DNA from: Candidatus Moraniibacteriota bacterium
GTDB lineage: Bacteria; Patescibacteriota; Minisyncoccia; Moranbacterales; UBA2206
Assembly (NCBI GenBank): GCA_030679985.1
Contig: JAUXSI010000026.1
Location: 1 to 53,006 of the forward strand
DNA: 53,006 nt
Direction of reading: 5' to 3'
The position numbers and the translations under genes are program-made. Below, one piece after another: positions 52,906 to 53,006 of the stretch (positions within the stretch are counted from its first letter, which is position 1; the number at the start of each line of letters is the position of its first letter). The notes below the pieces were generated by a model, which was given only the letters and a program-made list of their open reading frames with translations, ran no database searches and had not been told where the DNA came from.

Positions 52906-52935
52906 AAAAATTATAAAATTAAAAATTATAAAATT
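52906..52935. repeat. perfect 15-nt x2 tandem repeat
   Basis: AAAAATTATAAAATT twice, directly upstream of the partial CDS at 52936. Confidence 0.8.
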
Positions 52936-53006
52936 GTGTCCAGCAATCTTTCTAAGCACATCCTTACGACCCTAGTTTATTATGACGTTATGGATTATCC
53001 GATGAC
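52936..53006 (+). CDS. 5' end of an unidentified CDS running off the window
   Basis: GTG 52936, then open frame SSNLSKHILTTLVYYDVMDYPMT to the window edge. Only 23 codons visible. Confidence 0.3.
   Translation, partial: MSSNLSKHILTTLVYYDVMDYPM

Overview
The window reads as a gene-dense bacterial chromosome segment using the standard code, since TGA closes well-conserved genes. Intergenic regions are AT-rich, many genes lack a Shine-Dalgarno sequence, and sigma70-like promoters (TTGAYW-N17-TATAAT) are easy to spot. Gene content and style suggest a reduced-genome Patescibacteria/CPR-like organism, but that is inference only.

Housekeeping genes:
- rpoC (5'-truncated), ftsK, a rodZ-like gene and recA.
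- The minus-strand operon rpsF-ssb-rpsR-efp.
- ychF, a PMM/PGM-family mutase, trpS, rnj and manC.
- A SIS-domain gene, an orphan peptide-type solute-binding protein and secG.
- A nucleotide-excision-repair block: uvrB ... uvrA-uvrC-uvrA.

Accessory and unusual content:
1. A four-gene cell-surface module (22.3-31.3 kb) built around a 1842-aa beta-helix, tail-fibre-like protein. It also has a CscA/WxLIP-like anchored protein, an FN3-containing secreted protein and a LytR_C membrane protein.
2. A tightly packed cassette (14.2-18.6 kb) of NodU/CmcH-type carbamoyltransferase, an unannotated 57-codon ORF, a 400-aa unknown and a radical-SAM enzyme, divergent from a TrmB-type regulator.
3. A structured repeat family built on TACGAA/TTCGTA, with compensatory stem changes. 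It fills every spacer of the rpsF-ssb-rpsR-efp operon and recurs near ychF, the 3506 gene and uvrA2.
4. A recurring promoter, CGGGTGA hairpin and U-tract leader module.
5. AT-rich 14-nt tandem duplications sitting in frame inside uvrA and uvrC.
6. A protein with RelA/SpoT-like synthetase motifs.

I recognised no rRNA, tRNA, CRISPR array, transposase or integrase. All domain calls are by-eye motif recognition; no HMM, BLAST or folding was run.
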